Assembly (NCBI GenBank): GCA_048941265.1
Contig: JBHLNT010000002.1
Coordinates: 2,372 to 66,371, forward strand
Origin: Promethearchaeota archaeon
Lineage (GTDB): Archaea > Asgardarchaeota > Lokiarchaeia > Sigyniarchaeales > SOKP01
Direction: 5' to 3'
DNA length: 64,000 bases
This document shows positions 48,452 to 59,043 of the stretch, piece by piece. A program made the position numbers and the translations under genes. Numbering within the stretch: position 1 is the first letter of the stretch; each line of letters opens with the position of its first letter. The notes below the pieces were generated by a model. That model saw only the letters and a list, made by a program, of their open reading frames with translations. It was not told the origin of the DNA and did no database searches.

Positions 48452-49843
48452 TTACACCTTTGATGGATAATATTTCTCAATTAACTCTCGATGAATTCGA
48501 TACAATTGATTTTGTGGAATGTTAGCGAGAACTTCCCATCCTATTGAAAAAGTACTTACAAAATTCCGATTTTCCTCAAATGATTGATTTAAAAATTTTC
48601 TCTCAAATTCTTCTCCAAATTTTAATAGTGCCTTTTGATCCAAATTAAGACTATCTTCTCCAACTATTGATATTAAATCTCGGACTTCAAGTGAACTTGA
48701 ATAAGAAGCTAGTAATTGAGAGCTAATATCCGCGTGATCTTCTCTTGTATTTTCTTTTCCTATTGCATCTTTCATTAGTCGCGAAATTGAAGCTAAGACG
48801 TCGAACGGGGGATAGATCCCCTTTTTTTGTAAACTACGATTAAGGACTAATTGTCCTTCAGTGATATAACCGGTTGTGTCGGGGATAGGATGAGAAATAT
48901 CATCATTCGGCATTGTTAAAATTGGAATTTGGGTAATAGACCCTTTTTTACCCTTTATTTTTCCTGTTCTTTCATAAATGGATGCTAAATTAGAATATAG
49001 ATACCCTGGATATCCTTTTCTGCTCGGAATTTCCTCCTTAGCTGTACTTAGTTCTCTTAAAGCTTCGCAATAATTAGTCATATCAACTAAAATCACTAAA
49101 ACATGCATATCTTTTTCAAATGCGAAATATTCTGCTGTTGTTAGCGCAACATTTGGTATAATCAATCGTTCCATTACAGGATCATCTGCAAAATTAATAA
49201 ATGAAATTATATTTTGTATATTTCCGCTCTGTTGAAAACGATCCATAAAAAAAATTGCCTCATCCTGTATAATTCCAATTCCACAAAAAATTACTAAAAA
49301 AGGTTCTCCTGTTAAGACTTTCGCTTGGGTTACTATTTGGGCAGCAACTCTATTATGTGGTAATCCCTGACCACTAAAAATAGGAAGTTTTTGACCTCTT
49401 ATTAATGTAAATAAACCATCAATTGTAGATATTCCTGTCTGTATAACTTCTGAAGGATATTGTCTAGCAAATGGATTTATGGGAGCCCCATTAATATCTC
49501 GCTCAACATCAGTTAAAATATCGGATTCCAAAACTTTTTTCGTATAGATATCAATTGGCCTACCTAAAGAATTAAAAACACCACCTAACATATCATTTGA
49601 AATTTTTGCTTTAAAAGAATCTTCTGTAAAAATGACTTCTGAATTATCTGAAGATAATCCTTTTGTATCCTCAAAAACTTCAACTACAATTATATTCTCA
49701 TCAATTTTTACCACTTGTCCAATTCGATCTTGTTGACCATCTGTATGGATATTTACAATTTCTCCATATTGCACACTATGATCATTTTCTATAAATAATA
49801 ATGGCCCTGCAATTTGTCTTATTTTATTATAGCTAATACTCAT
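48452..49843 (-). CDS. atpB: A/V-type ATPase subunit B (non-catalytic)
   Basis: 463 aa, typical B-subunit sequence ([16 protein letters not shown], degenerate P-loop region). Position after atpA. Confidence 0.92.
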   Translation of the reverse strand: MSISYNKIRQIAGPLLFIENDHSVQYGEIVNIHTDGQQDRIGQVVKIDENIIVVEVFEDTKGLSSDNSEVIFTEDSFKAKISNDMLGGVFNSLGRPIDIYTKKVLESDILTDVERDINGAPINPFARQYPSEVIQTGISTIDGLFTLIRGQKLPIFSGQGLPHNRVAAQIVTQAKVLTGEPFLVIFCGIGIIQDEAIFFMDRFQQSGNIQNIISFINFADDPVMERLIIPNVALTTAEYFAFEKDMHVLVILVDMTNYCEALRELSTAKEEIPSRKGYPGYLYSNLASIYERTGKIKGKKGSITQIPILTMPNDDISHPIPDTTGYITEGQLVLNRSLQKKGIYPPFDVLASISRLMKDAIGKENTREDHADISSQLLASYSSSLEVRDLISIVGEDSLNLDQKALLKFGEEFERKFLNQSFEENRNFVSTFSIGWEVLANIPQNQLYRIHRELIEKYYPSKV

Positions 49844-49845
49844 CT

Positions 49846-51678
49846 TTATCTCATCATACTATAAGAGTGTTTTAATGCTTCAATTTCATTAATTAATTTT
49901 TCTTTAATTCTCTCTATTTTATAAAACTCATCATTAGGGATTGATTTTCCAATCCCCAAAATATCATTGATGATTTCAAGATCTTTGATTTCTTCAATAA
50001 TAATTCCTTCATCTAAGAGATTTTTAGCTTCTTTATATAACAAAAGTATAATTTTTATATGACCAAACAACTTATTAACATCTGAATAATTGTCTATACT
50101 ATCAAATGCATTTTGAATAAGAAAACTTTCTCTAATTAACTTCGCTATAAAAAGATCCAACTGCTGGTCTTCTGGTAAATTTTCTTCTCCTATTAATTGA
50201 ACAACATTTTTTAAATTATTTTCTCTTGATAAAATTTCATTTACTTCATTACGGCACTCAATCCAATCGATATCGATCTGGTTCCAGTCAATGTTTCTTT
50301 TGTCCCACCAAGTAGAAATATAGTCTGGATAGTTGGAATATGAATCAAGCCAATTTAATGCAGGATAATGTTTAGCATATGCTAATCTGGCATCCAAAGC
50401 CCAAAAAGCCTGAACAAAACGTTTAGTGGTAGCTGTAACTGGTTCACTAAAATCTCCTGAAGGAGGTGATACAGATCCAATAATAGTTAGTGAACCCATG
50501 CTTTCTTCTGCCAATTCATTATTTCCTAAAGTTTTCACTATTCCTGCTCTTTCATAAAAGCTTGAAAGTTTTGAGGGCAAATATGCAGGATATCCTTCTT
50601 CTGCAGGCATTTCTTCCAATAAGCCAGAAATTTCTCTCAGTGATTCAGCCCATCTTGAGGTACTATCGGCCATAAGTGCTACATCATATCCCATATCTCT
50701 AAAATATTCTGCAATCGTTATTCCCGAAAAAATACTCGCTTCTCGAGCAGATACTGGCATGTTTGAAGTATTTGCTATAATTATAACTCGTTCTAGTAAT
50801 GGACGACCGCTTCGAGGATCGACTAATTTTGAAAATTCTTTTAAGCTATCAGCAATTTCATTTCCTCTTTCGCCACAACCAACGAAAACAATAACATCAG
50901 CATCACACCATTTAGCTAATGATTGTTGAATCACAGTTTTGCCTGTACCAAATCCTCCTGGAACTGCTACAGTACCACCTTTAGCTACTGGAAATAATAA
51001 ATCAATTACACGAATTCCCGTAATTAACGGAACTTTTGGAGTTTCTTTTTTATAGAAAGGTCTTTTTCTCGTGATTGGCCATTTTTGTATCATGTCATAA
51101 GTCTTTTCTTTCCCATCTTTCTGTAGTGTATAAATCTTATCTTCTATTGTATAATCTCCCTCATCTCTTATAAAACTTAAAAATCCAGATTCCCCTGGAG
51201 GAATTAAAATAAAATGTCTAACTGAAGCTGTCTCTTGCACATAACCAATTTTATCTCCCTCGAATACTTCTTCTTTTTTATTTTTTAACGGTATAAAGTG
51301 CCATTTTTTCTTCCTCGACAAGGATGGTACTTGAATCCCCCTTTCTAAAAATCCCATTTCAAATTGCTCATAAATATTTTCTAATGGTCTTTGAATACCA
51401 TCAAAAATTTTTCCCAAAAGACCTGGAGCTAATTCCATAGATAAAGATTCTTTTAGATCAACAACATCTTCATATAATACCATATTATTGGTATTCTCAT
51501 AACATTGAACAACTATTCTATCATTATATATTTGAATAACTTCTCCTAAAACATTATGTTTTGAAACTCTAACTAAATCATGAAGTCGAATTTCGTGTTC
51601 CAAACCTTTAATTTCGATTAAAGATCCATTTATGGCAGAGATATATCCTAGATTCAAAACATTATTCGATTTGGTCAT
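49846..51678 (-). CDS. atpA: A/V-type ATPase catalytic subunit A
   Basis: GGFGTGKT P-loop, [20 protein letters not shown] and [20 protein letters not shown]. The non-homologous insert region typical of A subunits is present. Confidence 0.95.
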   Translation of the reverse strand: MTKSNNVLNLGYISAINGSLIEIKGLEHEIRLHDLVRVSKHNVLGEVIQIYNDRIVVQCYENTNNMVLYEDVVDLKESLSMELAPGLLGKIFDGIQRPLENIYEQFEMGFLERGIQVPSLSRKKKWHFIPLKNKKEEVFEGDKIGYVQETASVRHFILIPPGESGFLSFIRDEGDYTIEDKIYTLQKDGKEKTYDMIQKWPITRKRPFYKKETPKVPLITGIRVIDLLFPVAKGGTVAVPGGFGTGKTVIQQSLAKWCDADVIVFVGCGERGNEIADSLKEFSKLVDPRSGRPLLERVIIIANTSNMPVSAREASIFSGITIAEYFRDMGYDVALMADSTSRWAESLREISGLLEEMPAEEGYPAYLPSKLSSFYERAGIVKTLGNNELAEESMGSLTIIGSVSPPSGDFSEPVTATTKRFVQAFWALDARLAYAKHYPALNWLDSYSNYPDYISTWWDKRNIDWNQIDIDWIECRNEVNEILSRENNLKNVVQLIGEENLPEDQQLDLFIAKLIRESFLIQNAFDSIDNYSDVNKLFGHIKIILLLYKEAKNLLDEGIIIEEIKDLEIINDILGIGKSIPNDEFYKIERIKEKLINEIEALKHSYSMMR

Positions 51679-52342
51679 ATTTACTCAAATATTCCTCAAT
51701 ATTCCTTTTTTTATCATTTATTAATTTTTCAAATTCATTTTCTAATTTTTTATATTCATCGTCGGTAATCAAGTTAGAAAATTGCATTTCAATTAGGGTT
51801 TTTTGTAAATTTATTAAATGATTTATTGTGTAATCATAAGAAACTATCGCATTTTTTCTTGATATCTTAAATCCTCCAATAAAACCACTTGAATCTTCTT
51901 TAATAATTACTTTGTTTTTAAATAATTTCTCAATTTTTTCGGAATTTTTTATAAAATATTTATAATCATTTGAATTAAACAGGATTATAATTTCAGGAGG
52001 AGAATCAATATTTTTACTAATATTTTTAATATAATTCAATAAAAAATCAATGTAATGGGAGTAATTTTTTTTAATTCTCGCTTTAATTGAGTCTAGAAGA
52101 GTTACTTTGAAATCTTTTAGCAAACTATTTTTTAAACTTAAAATCCTTTCCTTTGCTTTTAAAAGTACTGTTGTTATTTGTGTATTTAAGAATTGGTTAT
52201 AAGCTTCAACAAAACTTTGCCTAATTTTCATAGAACTATTATTTCCTTGTTCAGTATTTTTTTTTCTAATTTTCGCTTTTTGAAATAAGGTTTGCTTATG
52301 TATTTCACTAATTTCTAGCTGAGCTCTTTCTACCAAATACAT
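51662..52342 (-). CDS. atpE: A/V-type ATPase subunit E (peripheral stalk)
   Basis: The C-terminal GFIGGFKISRKNAIVSYDYTINHLI resembles the E-subunit globular domain. Helical N-terminus. Overlaps the atpA start by 17 nt. Probable upstream ATT start at 52387-52385. Confidence 0.7.
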   Translation of the reverse strand: MYLVERAQLEISEIHKQTLFQKAKIRKKNTEQGNNSSMKIRQSFVEAYNQFLNTQITTVLLKAKERILSLKNSLLKDFKVTLLDSIKARIKKNYSHYIDFLLNYIKNISKNIDSPPEIIILFNSNDYKYFIKNSEKIEKLFKNKVIIKEDSSGFIGGFKISRKNAIVSYDYTINHLINLQKTLIEMQFSNLITDDEYKKLENEFEKLINDKKRNIEEYLSKYDQIE

Positions 52343-52401
52343 TCCTAAAGTTCCGACACTTTCTTTTAGACTTTTTTCTTTTGAAATATTAGAACACCCT
52401 T

Positions 52402-52722
52402 TTATTTTAAGATCTTTCCGATTGATTCATAAACCTTTTTTAATAATACATCCTTTTGTTCCAAATCTAAGTTAAAAATGTCTGGTAAATAAATGACAAA
52501 AGGTTTTCTTATATTTAATTTAAAATTGACTAAATACTCAATGATATCATCTGCAATATCTAAGGCAACAATGATCATTTCAATTTTAGGGTCATTTGTC
52601 AATTTTTTAAATTGTTTCATAAAATTCTCATTCTCACTAATAACTGTTCCTTCTAAACCCAACAATCCAAACATTAAAACACTTTCATCATTCCCAATTA
52701 TATGAATCTTTTGTTCAGACAT
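52402..52722 (-). CDS. atpF: A/V-type ATPase subunit F
   Basis: KIHIIGNDESVLMFGLLGLEG matches the F-subunit N-terminus. 106 aa. TAATG overlap with the upstream gene. Confidence 0.8.
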   Translation of the reverse strand: MSEQKIHIIGNDESVLMFGLLGLEGTVISENENFMKQFKKLTNDPKIEMIIVALDIADDIIEYLVNFKLNIRKPFVIYLPDIFNLDLEQKDVLLKKVYESIGKILK

Positions 52723-53033
52723 TAAAAATCATATCCCATTTTTTTTGTAATAAGTTCTGCTAAATTATCTTTACTATTTTGATAATTTAAATCAATCTTT
52801 TTTATTGCTTCACTGAATTTTTTCTCAAACTTTTCAATATAATCATTAATTTCTTTTGAAACATCTTTTATAACCGAATTTACAAATTCATTTTTTTTTT
52901 CAAGTGTTGATTTTAAATCGTTTTCTAATTGTTCTTCTATCGATTGAATATCAGTAGAACTCTCTTCTTTTGCTTTATTAATTAAATTTTCATAAACTTT
53001 TTCTATATCACTTAACATTTCGAAAAGATTCAT
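52722..53033 (-). CDS. atpH: A/V-type ATPase subunit H (G-like peripheral-stalk helix)
   Basis: 103-aa charged single long helix within the operon. Assigned by size, composition and position only. Confidence 0.55.
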   Translation of the reverse strand: MNLFEMLSDIEKVYENLINKAKEESSTDIQSIEEQLENDLKSTLEKKNEFVNSVIKDVSKEINDYIEKFEKKFSEAIKKIDLNYQNSKDNLAELITKKMGYDF

Positions 53034-53074
53034 GGAGCATCGTTTCTTTTTTATAATTATATTAATTTTGTAAT

Positions 53075-54049
53075 TTACTCTAAAACACTAAATTTTTCAT
53101 GAATAATTCTTACTACATTTGGTATAATTTCATATTTAATTTCAAGTTCTTTTCTAATTATCAGTTCTAAAATTCTAAAAATTGTTAAATCATCAATATC
53201 TTGTATTTGATATCTAGACTTACTAAAAAAATAATCTTTATATATCCTTTCGAGTTTCCACATCGGACGATCTGATTCAAGGATTTGAAGGCCTTCCAGG
53301 TCTGTAATCCTTCCTAAAGTATCATTAATATATGAAAAAAAATCTTCTAAACTCTCTCGAGTTAAAAGAAACTCCATTTTTTTATCATTGAAGAAAAAAT
53401 ACTTATTGATTAAGAATTGAGATAACAAATTTTTGTCTATATTATTTTTAATTCCACGATAAATTAAGTTTATATTATAAATTTCAGTAATGAATGAATC
53501 AAATAATGAAATAATCCTTTTTTCGTTTTGATCATATGATCCTTCTCTGTTAACCAAATTTAGATAATATTGTTGATCTAAGAACGATTCTAGTACGAAT
53601 ACTTCATTGTAATTTTTAAAATAAAGTAGACCTTCTCGTATAGCTTTATAATATCTGGTACCCTTCATATATAATTGAATCTGTTCTAATGTTGGAATCT
53701 CAATTAAATCTTTTATAAAATCTGTTTTTTCTAAATATTCTTCAACTAAAAAATTTACATTTCGTAGTATTTCTTCATGACTCATATTAACAATAAAACC
53801 TAAAATGATCTGTTTAATATTCATAATTTCATATTTCAGTAAATAGTCTTTTAAAAAATTTCTCATATTTAATGGAGAAAACGAAATAATTTTTCCATTT
53901 ACCTTGATAAAAAAGTCATATAGTGCTAGCTCGATATTTTCAATAGTATATTCTTTAATATTTAAATCAGGATAAAAGGGTTTTATAAATTCTATAAAAT
54001 CTTCTATTGTGTAATAGTTCCCCAATTTTTTTAGTTGATCTTCATCCAT
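53075..54049 (-). CDS. atpC: A/V-type ATPase subunit C (d-subunit)
   Basis: Size and all-helical composition fit. The family N-terminal signature (PTYAYTFIRSTYLKKLL) lies in frame upstream of this ATG. The probable real start is ATT 54154-54152, giving about 359 aa. Confidence 0.75.
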   Translation of the reverse strand: MDEDQLKKLGNYYTIEDFIEFIKPFYPDLNIKEYTIENIELALYDFFIKVNGKIISFSPLNMRNFLKDYLLKYEIMNIKQIILGFIVNMSHEEILRNVNFLVEEYLEKTDFIKDLIEIPTLEQIQLYMKGTRYYKAIREGLLYFKNYNEVFVLESFLDQQYYLNLVNREGSYDQNEKRIISLFDSFITEIYNINLIYRGIKNNIDKNLLSQFLINKYFFFNDKKMEFLLTRESLEDFFSYINDTLGRITDLEGLQILESDRPMWKLERIYKDYFFSKSRYQIQDIDDLTIFRILELIIRKELEIKYEIIPNVVRIIHEKFSVLE

Positions 54050-54166
54050 TAATAATTTTTTTAAGTAGGTTGACCTGATAAATGTATACGCATAAGTCGG
54101 TACAACAACACTCGTTAAATAATCACCTAAAACCTCAAAAATTTTGCAATAAATATTAAAACTCCA

Positions 54167-54550
54167 TTAAGCTGGAATATTTGGGATTTTCGTCCACAAG
54201 AGTATTGCAATGATCAGCCCGTAGACAGCAAGAGCTTCACATAAAGCTACAACTAAAAAAGCTTTAAAAAAAGCTTCTTCTCTTTCAGTCAATGTTGCTA
54301 TCGCAGAGGTGCCAACTGTTCTTAAAGCCAAACCACTTCCTAGTATACCCAAGCCTACTGCTATTCCTGCACCTAAACCAAGCATTCCTGCTGTTCCGGC
54401 TTGATAATACTTTAAATTATCTGAGCTTGTACCCTGAGCTGCCGCAAAAATGATGATTCCGTTGACAGTGAAAAATACAACCGCAATTAAAAATAATTGG
54501 TAAAATACAAGTAATGAATAAAATTTTTTTTTACCATTCATAAGTATCAT
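54167..54550 (-). CDS. atpK: A/V-type ATPase proteolipid subunit K (c-subunit)
   Basis: Gly-rich helix GLGAGIAVGLGILGSG and carboxylate helix VVALCEALAVYGLIIAILL. There is an extra N-terminal hydrophobic segment. Confidence 0.88.
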   Translation of the reverse strand: MILMNGKKKFYSLLVFYQLFLIAVVFFTVNGIIIFAAAQGTSSDNLKYYQAGTAGMLGLGAGIAVGLGILGSGLALRTVGTSAIATLTEREEAFFKAFLVVALCEALAVYGLIIAILLWTKIPNIPA

Positions 54551-54823
54551 ATCGTTTTTTTTTTAGTTTATTAAGAATTATATATTAATACTTCTGTTTA
54601 AAGATTGCTATAACTTTTGATAAATTTTCATTGCTTTTTAATATCCCAAATAAGGATTAAGAAATAGAACTTATTATAACGAGTATTTCTGTTGAACATT
54701 AAGATTCTTCAATATTGGATCTGATTTTCTTAATGTCTTCACACTACTATAAAAATTATTTAATTTTAGATTTTATTATAAAGTAAAATATATCGACTAT
54801 TCTATTTTTTTATTAATTCTTTA

Positions 54824-54861
54824 AACTCGATTATGATAATCTAACTCGATTATGATAATCT
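54824..54861. repeat. perfect tandem duplication, 2 x 19 bp (AACTCGATTATGATAATCT)
   Basis: Read directly: 54824-54842 equals 54843-54861. Each unit contains the 5-1-5 palindrome ATTAT-G-ATAAT. Lies between the endA stop and the ATPase operon start. Confidence 0.9.
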
Positions 54862-54884
54862 ATTAATTAGGTTATTTTATTAAT

Positions 54885-55490
54885 TTATGGCTTAAACCAC
54901 TCGAAGAAATAATAACTGTTTGTTAAAGGATTCGCAATCACGAATTTTTTTCTTACTGATGTTGCTAATCTTCCGGCCCTCACCATATCAATAGCACTAA
55001 TTTTTGAGTCATGTGGAAGAACATGAACAATAAAAGGAGAATGTTCCAAACCCGGGCCTTTTTTATAAACTACAAAATCTGCTCCAAATTTAAGTCCTGG
55101 TCTTGGAATATAACCTTTTTCCCTCAAATCTTTATATATTACATATTTCTCCTCAAATTTATGATGATTTTTTTTCCCAATTTCATACAGTTCTTTGCAA
55201 CTTAATAATTGATTTGTTTTTACATCGAGAACAGTTATCTCATCTCTTTCAAGTAAATAATTAGCTTCTATAAGAGATAATTCTGAAGGCTTAGAGAAAT
55301 ATTCCAATCTGGGCTTGTTAATACCTAACGGAGATCCATAAAACCCTTTTTTTACGTATAGATAAGATGCGTAAAGAGGATTAAAAACTATAACTCTTGA
55401 ATTTATAAATTTTGCGGGAATTTTTTTTGGTATATCTTCGGGATTAATATCATCCAACGAAATTTCGTTATCTGTCTCCTTACTCATCAA
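54885..55490 (-). CDS. endA: tRNA-splicing endonuclease (tRNA-intron lyase)
   Basis: Catalytic C-terminal domain: YKDLREKGYIPRPGLKFGADFVVYKKGPGLEHSPFIVHV ... GRLATSVRKK. The ORF-track start is TTG; ATG at 55487 is likely. Confidence 0.85.
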   Translation of the reverse strand: MMSKETDNEISLDDINPEDIPKKIPAKFINSRVIVFNPLYASYLYVKKGFYGSPLGINKPRLEYFSKPSELSLIEANYLLERDEITVLDVKTNQLLSCKELYEIGKKNHHKFEEKYVIYKDLREKGYIPRPGLKFGADFVVYKKGPGLEHSPFIVHVLPHDSKISAIDMVRAGRLATSVRKKFVIANPLTNSYYFFEWFKP

Positions 55491-55598
55491 TATAGAATTA
55501 TTTAGAATAATTTATTAACCCTTTCAAATTCTTAAGAATGGAATAAAATTATTTATATTCCAAAATGATTAATAAATTTAATATTAAAAATCTATAAA

Positions 55599-56486
55599 TT
55601 GCGAATTATAAAAATGGTATTTAGAAAAGCAGGTTATGCCGGAAGTTGGTATAAAAAAAAGGGGTTAGCTGAAGCATTAGAAAGTTATTTTTTGGATAAA
55701 AATTTCGGACCAGGTGAAAAACCTGAAAGTCTTAATCTTGAAGAACCTAGAACTATTATCGGAGGTGTATCACCTCATGCAGGTCACGAATACTCTGGAC
55801 CCTGTGCGGCACACACCTATCTTAATCTATTTAAAGAAAAAATACCTGATACAGTTATCATATTAGGGACCGATCATAGAGGGTATAGAAACATTGCATT
55901 ATTTGAAGACGGAGAATGGGAGACTCCTCTGGGAAATTTAAAGATAGATAATGAGTTATCTAAGAAAATATTAGATACTAGCAAGAAAATTGTAAATGAT
56001 AGTTCAGCATTCTTGATTGGTGAGCACAATATTGAAATTCAACTACCTTTCATTAAATATTGCGCAAAGGAAAAGGATTTGAAGATAATTCCAATAAAAA
56101 TTACACCTCGGATAAACTTTAATGTAATGGATGAAATTTCTAGTGATATCGCAAATGCTCTTAAATCTACAGATAAGGATGTCGTCGTCGTTGCATCATC
56201 TGATATGACACATGAATATGTTCATAGTCAAGAACAGTTAAAAAAATTTAAGGAAATAGATCAAAAAGTAATTGATGGATTTGAAAAATTAAATCCTAAA
56301 GAAACACTCGATGCTGCATTAAGAACTACCGTTTGTGGTCCCCAGACAATTACTACTCTGATTTTAATAAGTAAAAAATGGTTAAATGCAAGCAAGGGGA
56401 AACTTTTGAAATATTACACAAGTAGTGAAAAAACAGGAACTTTTGACTATTGTGTTGGTTATTTTTCTGGTATTATCATCAAATAA
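55599..56486 (+). CDS. MEMO1-family protein (AmmeMemoRadiSam system protein B-like)
   Basis: GGVSPHAGHEYSG and SSDMTHE metal-ligand motifs. The ORF-track start is TTG; ATG at 55614 (MVFRKAGYAGSWY) is likely. Confidence 0.8.
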   Translation: MRIIKMVFRKAGYAGSWYKKKGLAEALESYFLDKNFGPGEKPESLNLEEPRTIIGGVSPHAGHEYSGPCAAHTYLNLFKEKIPDTVIILGTDHRGYRNIALFEDGEWETPLGNLKIDNELSKKILDTSKKIVNDSSAFLIGEHNIEIQLPFIKYCAKEKDLKIIPIKITPRINFNVMDEISSDIANALKSTDKDVVVVASSDMTHEYVHSQEQLKKFKEIDQKVIDGFEKLNPKETLDAALRTTVCGPQTITTLILISKKWLNASKGKLLKYYTSSEKTGTFDYCVGYFSGIIIK

Positions 56487-56536
56487 TATAAATAATGAAA
56501 TTTAATATAAATTAAAATAACTTTTATTGAGATAAG

Positions 56537-57796
56537 ATGTCAGAAGAAAAGAAAGATGAGGATTTTGTTGGAATGCTAAAAAGAATGAAAACCGAAATGA
56601 AAAGCCCATCTGTTATCGGCGATGCACTTGAGAAGATTGAAATGTTACAAAAAGAAAATGAACAGTTAAAAGAGCAACTAAATAAAAGTATTAATTTAAT
56701 ACATTCTTCAGAACAAGTTCTTCAGAAAGCACTAGATGAAAAAGAACGTATAAAAGATGATGGTAAGACAGCCATGGAGAAATTAGGTGAAGATGTAATC
56801 GAGTTGAAAAATAAAGTGAAAGAATTACAGAATGTATTACTTGATAAAACCGAGGAACTCCAACAAAAAGAGAAACAAATTTCTGAATTAAAGATTACAG
56901 TAGAAACAGCTTCAAGTGAACTAGAAGCTAAAAAAAAAACTATGCCACAAACTGATTCTGCGATATCTCAGGCCTTGGTTGAAGATCTTTCTTCTGAATT
57001 GTCAAAAAGAAAAGTTCAGATTTCGGATTATGAGAATCAAATAAAGAATTTAAAAGCCCAAATTGAGAGTTTAATACATGAAAATGAAATGTACAAATCA
57101 AAGGGCGAAATTATTGCTCCCCCTTCAGAAATATCGCCTGAATTGGCTAAAAAGGACAGATATATATATGAATTAGAGGAGAAAATTAGAAATCTTGAAC
57201 AGCATATCTCAGAGTTAGCCGAAGAAAATGCAAATTTAAAAAAAGATGTAACTGAGCAGCAATCTGCATTGGATGTAGATTATGTGATACCAGTTGTAGA
57301 AGCTACGACTACTGCTAAAAAACCAGAACCTGCTCCAACATCAGTAAGTACACTGGAAGCGTTATGTCAAGATCTTCAATCTGATTTAAATAGATCTAAG
57401 AGAATAATGGATTCCCTTAAAACTGAAAACAAAGAGCTTAAAAAGGCTTTGGAGTCGCAAGGGATCTCAACTGATTATCAAGAAATAAATAATCTCAGAA
57501 ATGAAAATATTTCATTTAAAGCAAGAATTTTAGAATTAGAAAAAACCTTGGAAGAGCAACCATTAGAAATTAGCTTATCACCGGATTCTGAAAATAGAAT
57601 AAAAGAGCTAGAAAACCAATTAAACGAAAAAGATATCCTTATAAACGAATTAAAGACCTCTGAAGCTACTCAGCCTGTAGCTCAGAGTGGTCCTATGTCT
57701 AATTTAGTTGAAGATTTACAAGCAAGGATCAATAAAATGAAGATTGCATTAAATGAGAAGGATAAAATTATTGAAGACTTAAAAAGAAAAGGCTAA
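56537..57796 (+). CDS. long coiled-coil protein, unknown function
   Basis: 419 aa, almost entirely heptad-like E/K/L/Q-rich sequence. No globular motif recognised. Confidence 0.6.
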   Translation: MSEEKKDEDFVGMLKRMKTEMKSPSVIGDALEKIEMLQKENEQLKEQLNKSINLIHSSEQVLQKALDEKERIKDDGKTAMEKLGEDVIELKNKVKELQNVLLDKTEELQQKEKQISELKITVETASSELEAKKKTMPQTDSAISQALVEDLSSELSKRKVQISDYENQIKNLKAQIESLIHENEMYKSKGEIIAPPSEISPELAKKDRYIYELEEKIRNLEQHISELAEENANLKKDVTEQQSALDVDYVIPVVEATTTAKKPEPAPTSVSTLEALCQDLQSDLNRSKRIMDSLKTENKELKKALESQGISTDYQEINNLRNENISFKARILELEKTLEEQPLEISLSPDSENRIKELENQLNEKDILINELKTSEATQPVAQSGPMSNLVEDLQARINKMKIALNEKDKIIEDLKRKG

Positions 57797-57960
57797 AACT
57801 GCCTATCTAATAAATACCCAAAATTTTAACCTTTATTAATTATCCTTATTTCTTTGAAATCCATAATTGAAATAAATATTATCAGTTAATACACTATTTT
57901 GTAAAAATACTCTTATTTTATAAAAAAAAATAAAATACTTAAAAAATTACCTAAAACTTA

Positions 57961-58938
57961 ATGAAAAGCACTAAAAAAAATCCGCCATCAATCTTTTTTG
58001 TTGGTCATTTTGCCATTGATACAATAATAAGATTTAATAAAGAACATAAGCCAACACTAGGTGGAAGTGTTTCATTTGGCTCATTATCATTAAGAACTTA
58101 TACCAAAGATGTTAAAGTTAGTATTATTTCTAATTTGGGAAGCTTGAATTTTAATAGATCTTTATTAGATATTGTAATAGCAAATGATATTGATTTAAAT
58201 GGGATTAAGTGGACCGATACTAATAATACAAATTTTGTATTAGATTACTTCAATCATTCAAGATCTTTAACTCTTAAATCTAGAAGTCCTGATCTTAAAT
58301 TTGAAAATATTCCGAATAAATATCTTAAAAATCCTCCTGATGTAATTATTCTCGCTCCTTTATGTAATGAAATTTCTTTTACTTATATATGTAAAATATT
58401 GGAATGCTTTCCAAATGCATATATTGGAATTGATCTTCAAGGTTTCATAAGGAAAATCGAAAATGGCCACGTTTCTATCGAAAGAGACGAAAAAATTATA
58501 GAAAACATGGAAAATATTATAAATTTAATCGGCGATAAATTAATTTTGAAAGGTTCAGAAGAAGAGATGAAAATTCTTTCTGGGGAGGATAATATCTATA
58601 AAGCTATGAAACATTTTGATTATTTTGATTTTAAAGGTATTTTTATTATGACATTAGGAGAGGCTGGATCATTAGTTCTAAAGAAAGGAGAAAAAATTTT
58701 AAAAGTACCTGCATTTCAATCCAATGGAGTAATTGATGAAACTGGTGCAGGGGATGTGTATTTTGCGATCTTTTTATATGAATTTATAATTTCTGATAAG
58801 ATTTGGAAATCAGTTGAAAAGGCTGCTTTATTTGCATCTTCAGCAGCCTCTTTTAATGTAGAAGCAACGGGACCCAATGGGTTTCAAGAAAAAACGCATG
58901 TGCAAAGAAGAATAAATAAAAAAAAATATATCAAATAG
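57961..58938 (+). CDS. PfkB-family (ribokinase-like) sugar kinase
   Basis: N-terminal GG region (PTLGGSVSFGS) and C-terminal DETGAGDVYFA anion-hole/catalytic motif. Confidence 0.8.
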   Translation: MKSTKKNPPSIFFVGHFAIDTIIRFNKEHKPTLGGSVSFGSLSLRTYTKDVKVSIISNLGSLNFNRSLLDIVIANDIDLNGIKWTDTNNTNFVLDYFNHSRSLTLKSRSPDLKFENIPNKYLKNPPDVIILAPLCNEISFTYICKILECFPNAYIGIDLQGFIRKIENGHVSIERDEKIIENMENIINLIGDKLILKGSEEEMKILSGEDNIYKAMKHFDYFDFKGIFIMTLGEAGSLVLKKGEKILKVPAFQSNGVIDETGAGDVYFAIFLYEFIISDKIWKSVEKAALFASSAASFNVEATGPNGFQEKTHVQRRINKKKYIK

Positions 58939-59043
58939 TAGGGGAGAATTATCCATATAAATAGTCACTTCGCTATTGGAGTTATAATTGCTTCTATTTT
59001 TAATCATTTTTTTGGTTTTTGCCTCCTTGAATTCGCAGGAATA

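Noticed and set aside
56537-57796. The long coiled-coil protein as an SMC, ESCRT or cytoskeletal component
   Set aside because: No Walker motifs, hinge, or other globular or signature segment is present. Composition alone cannot support a functional call.
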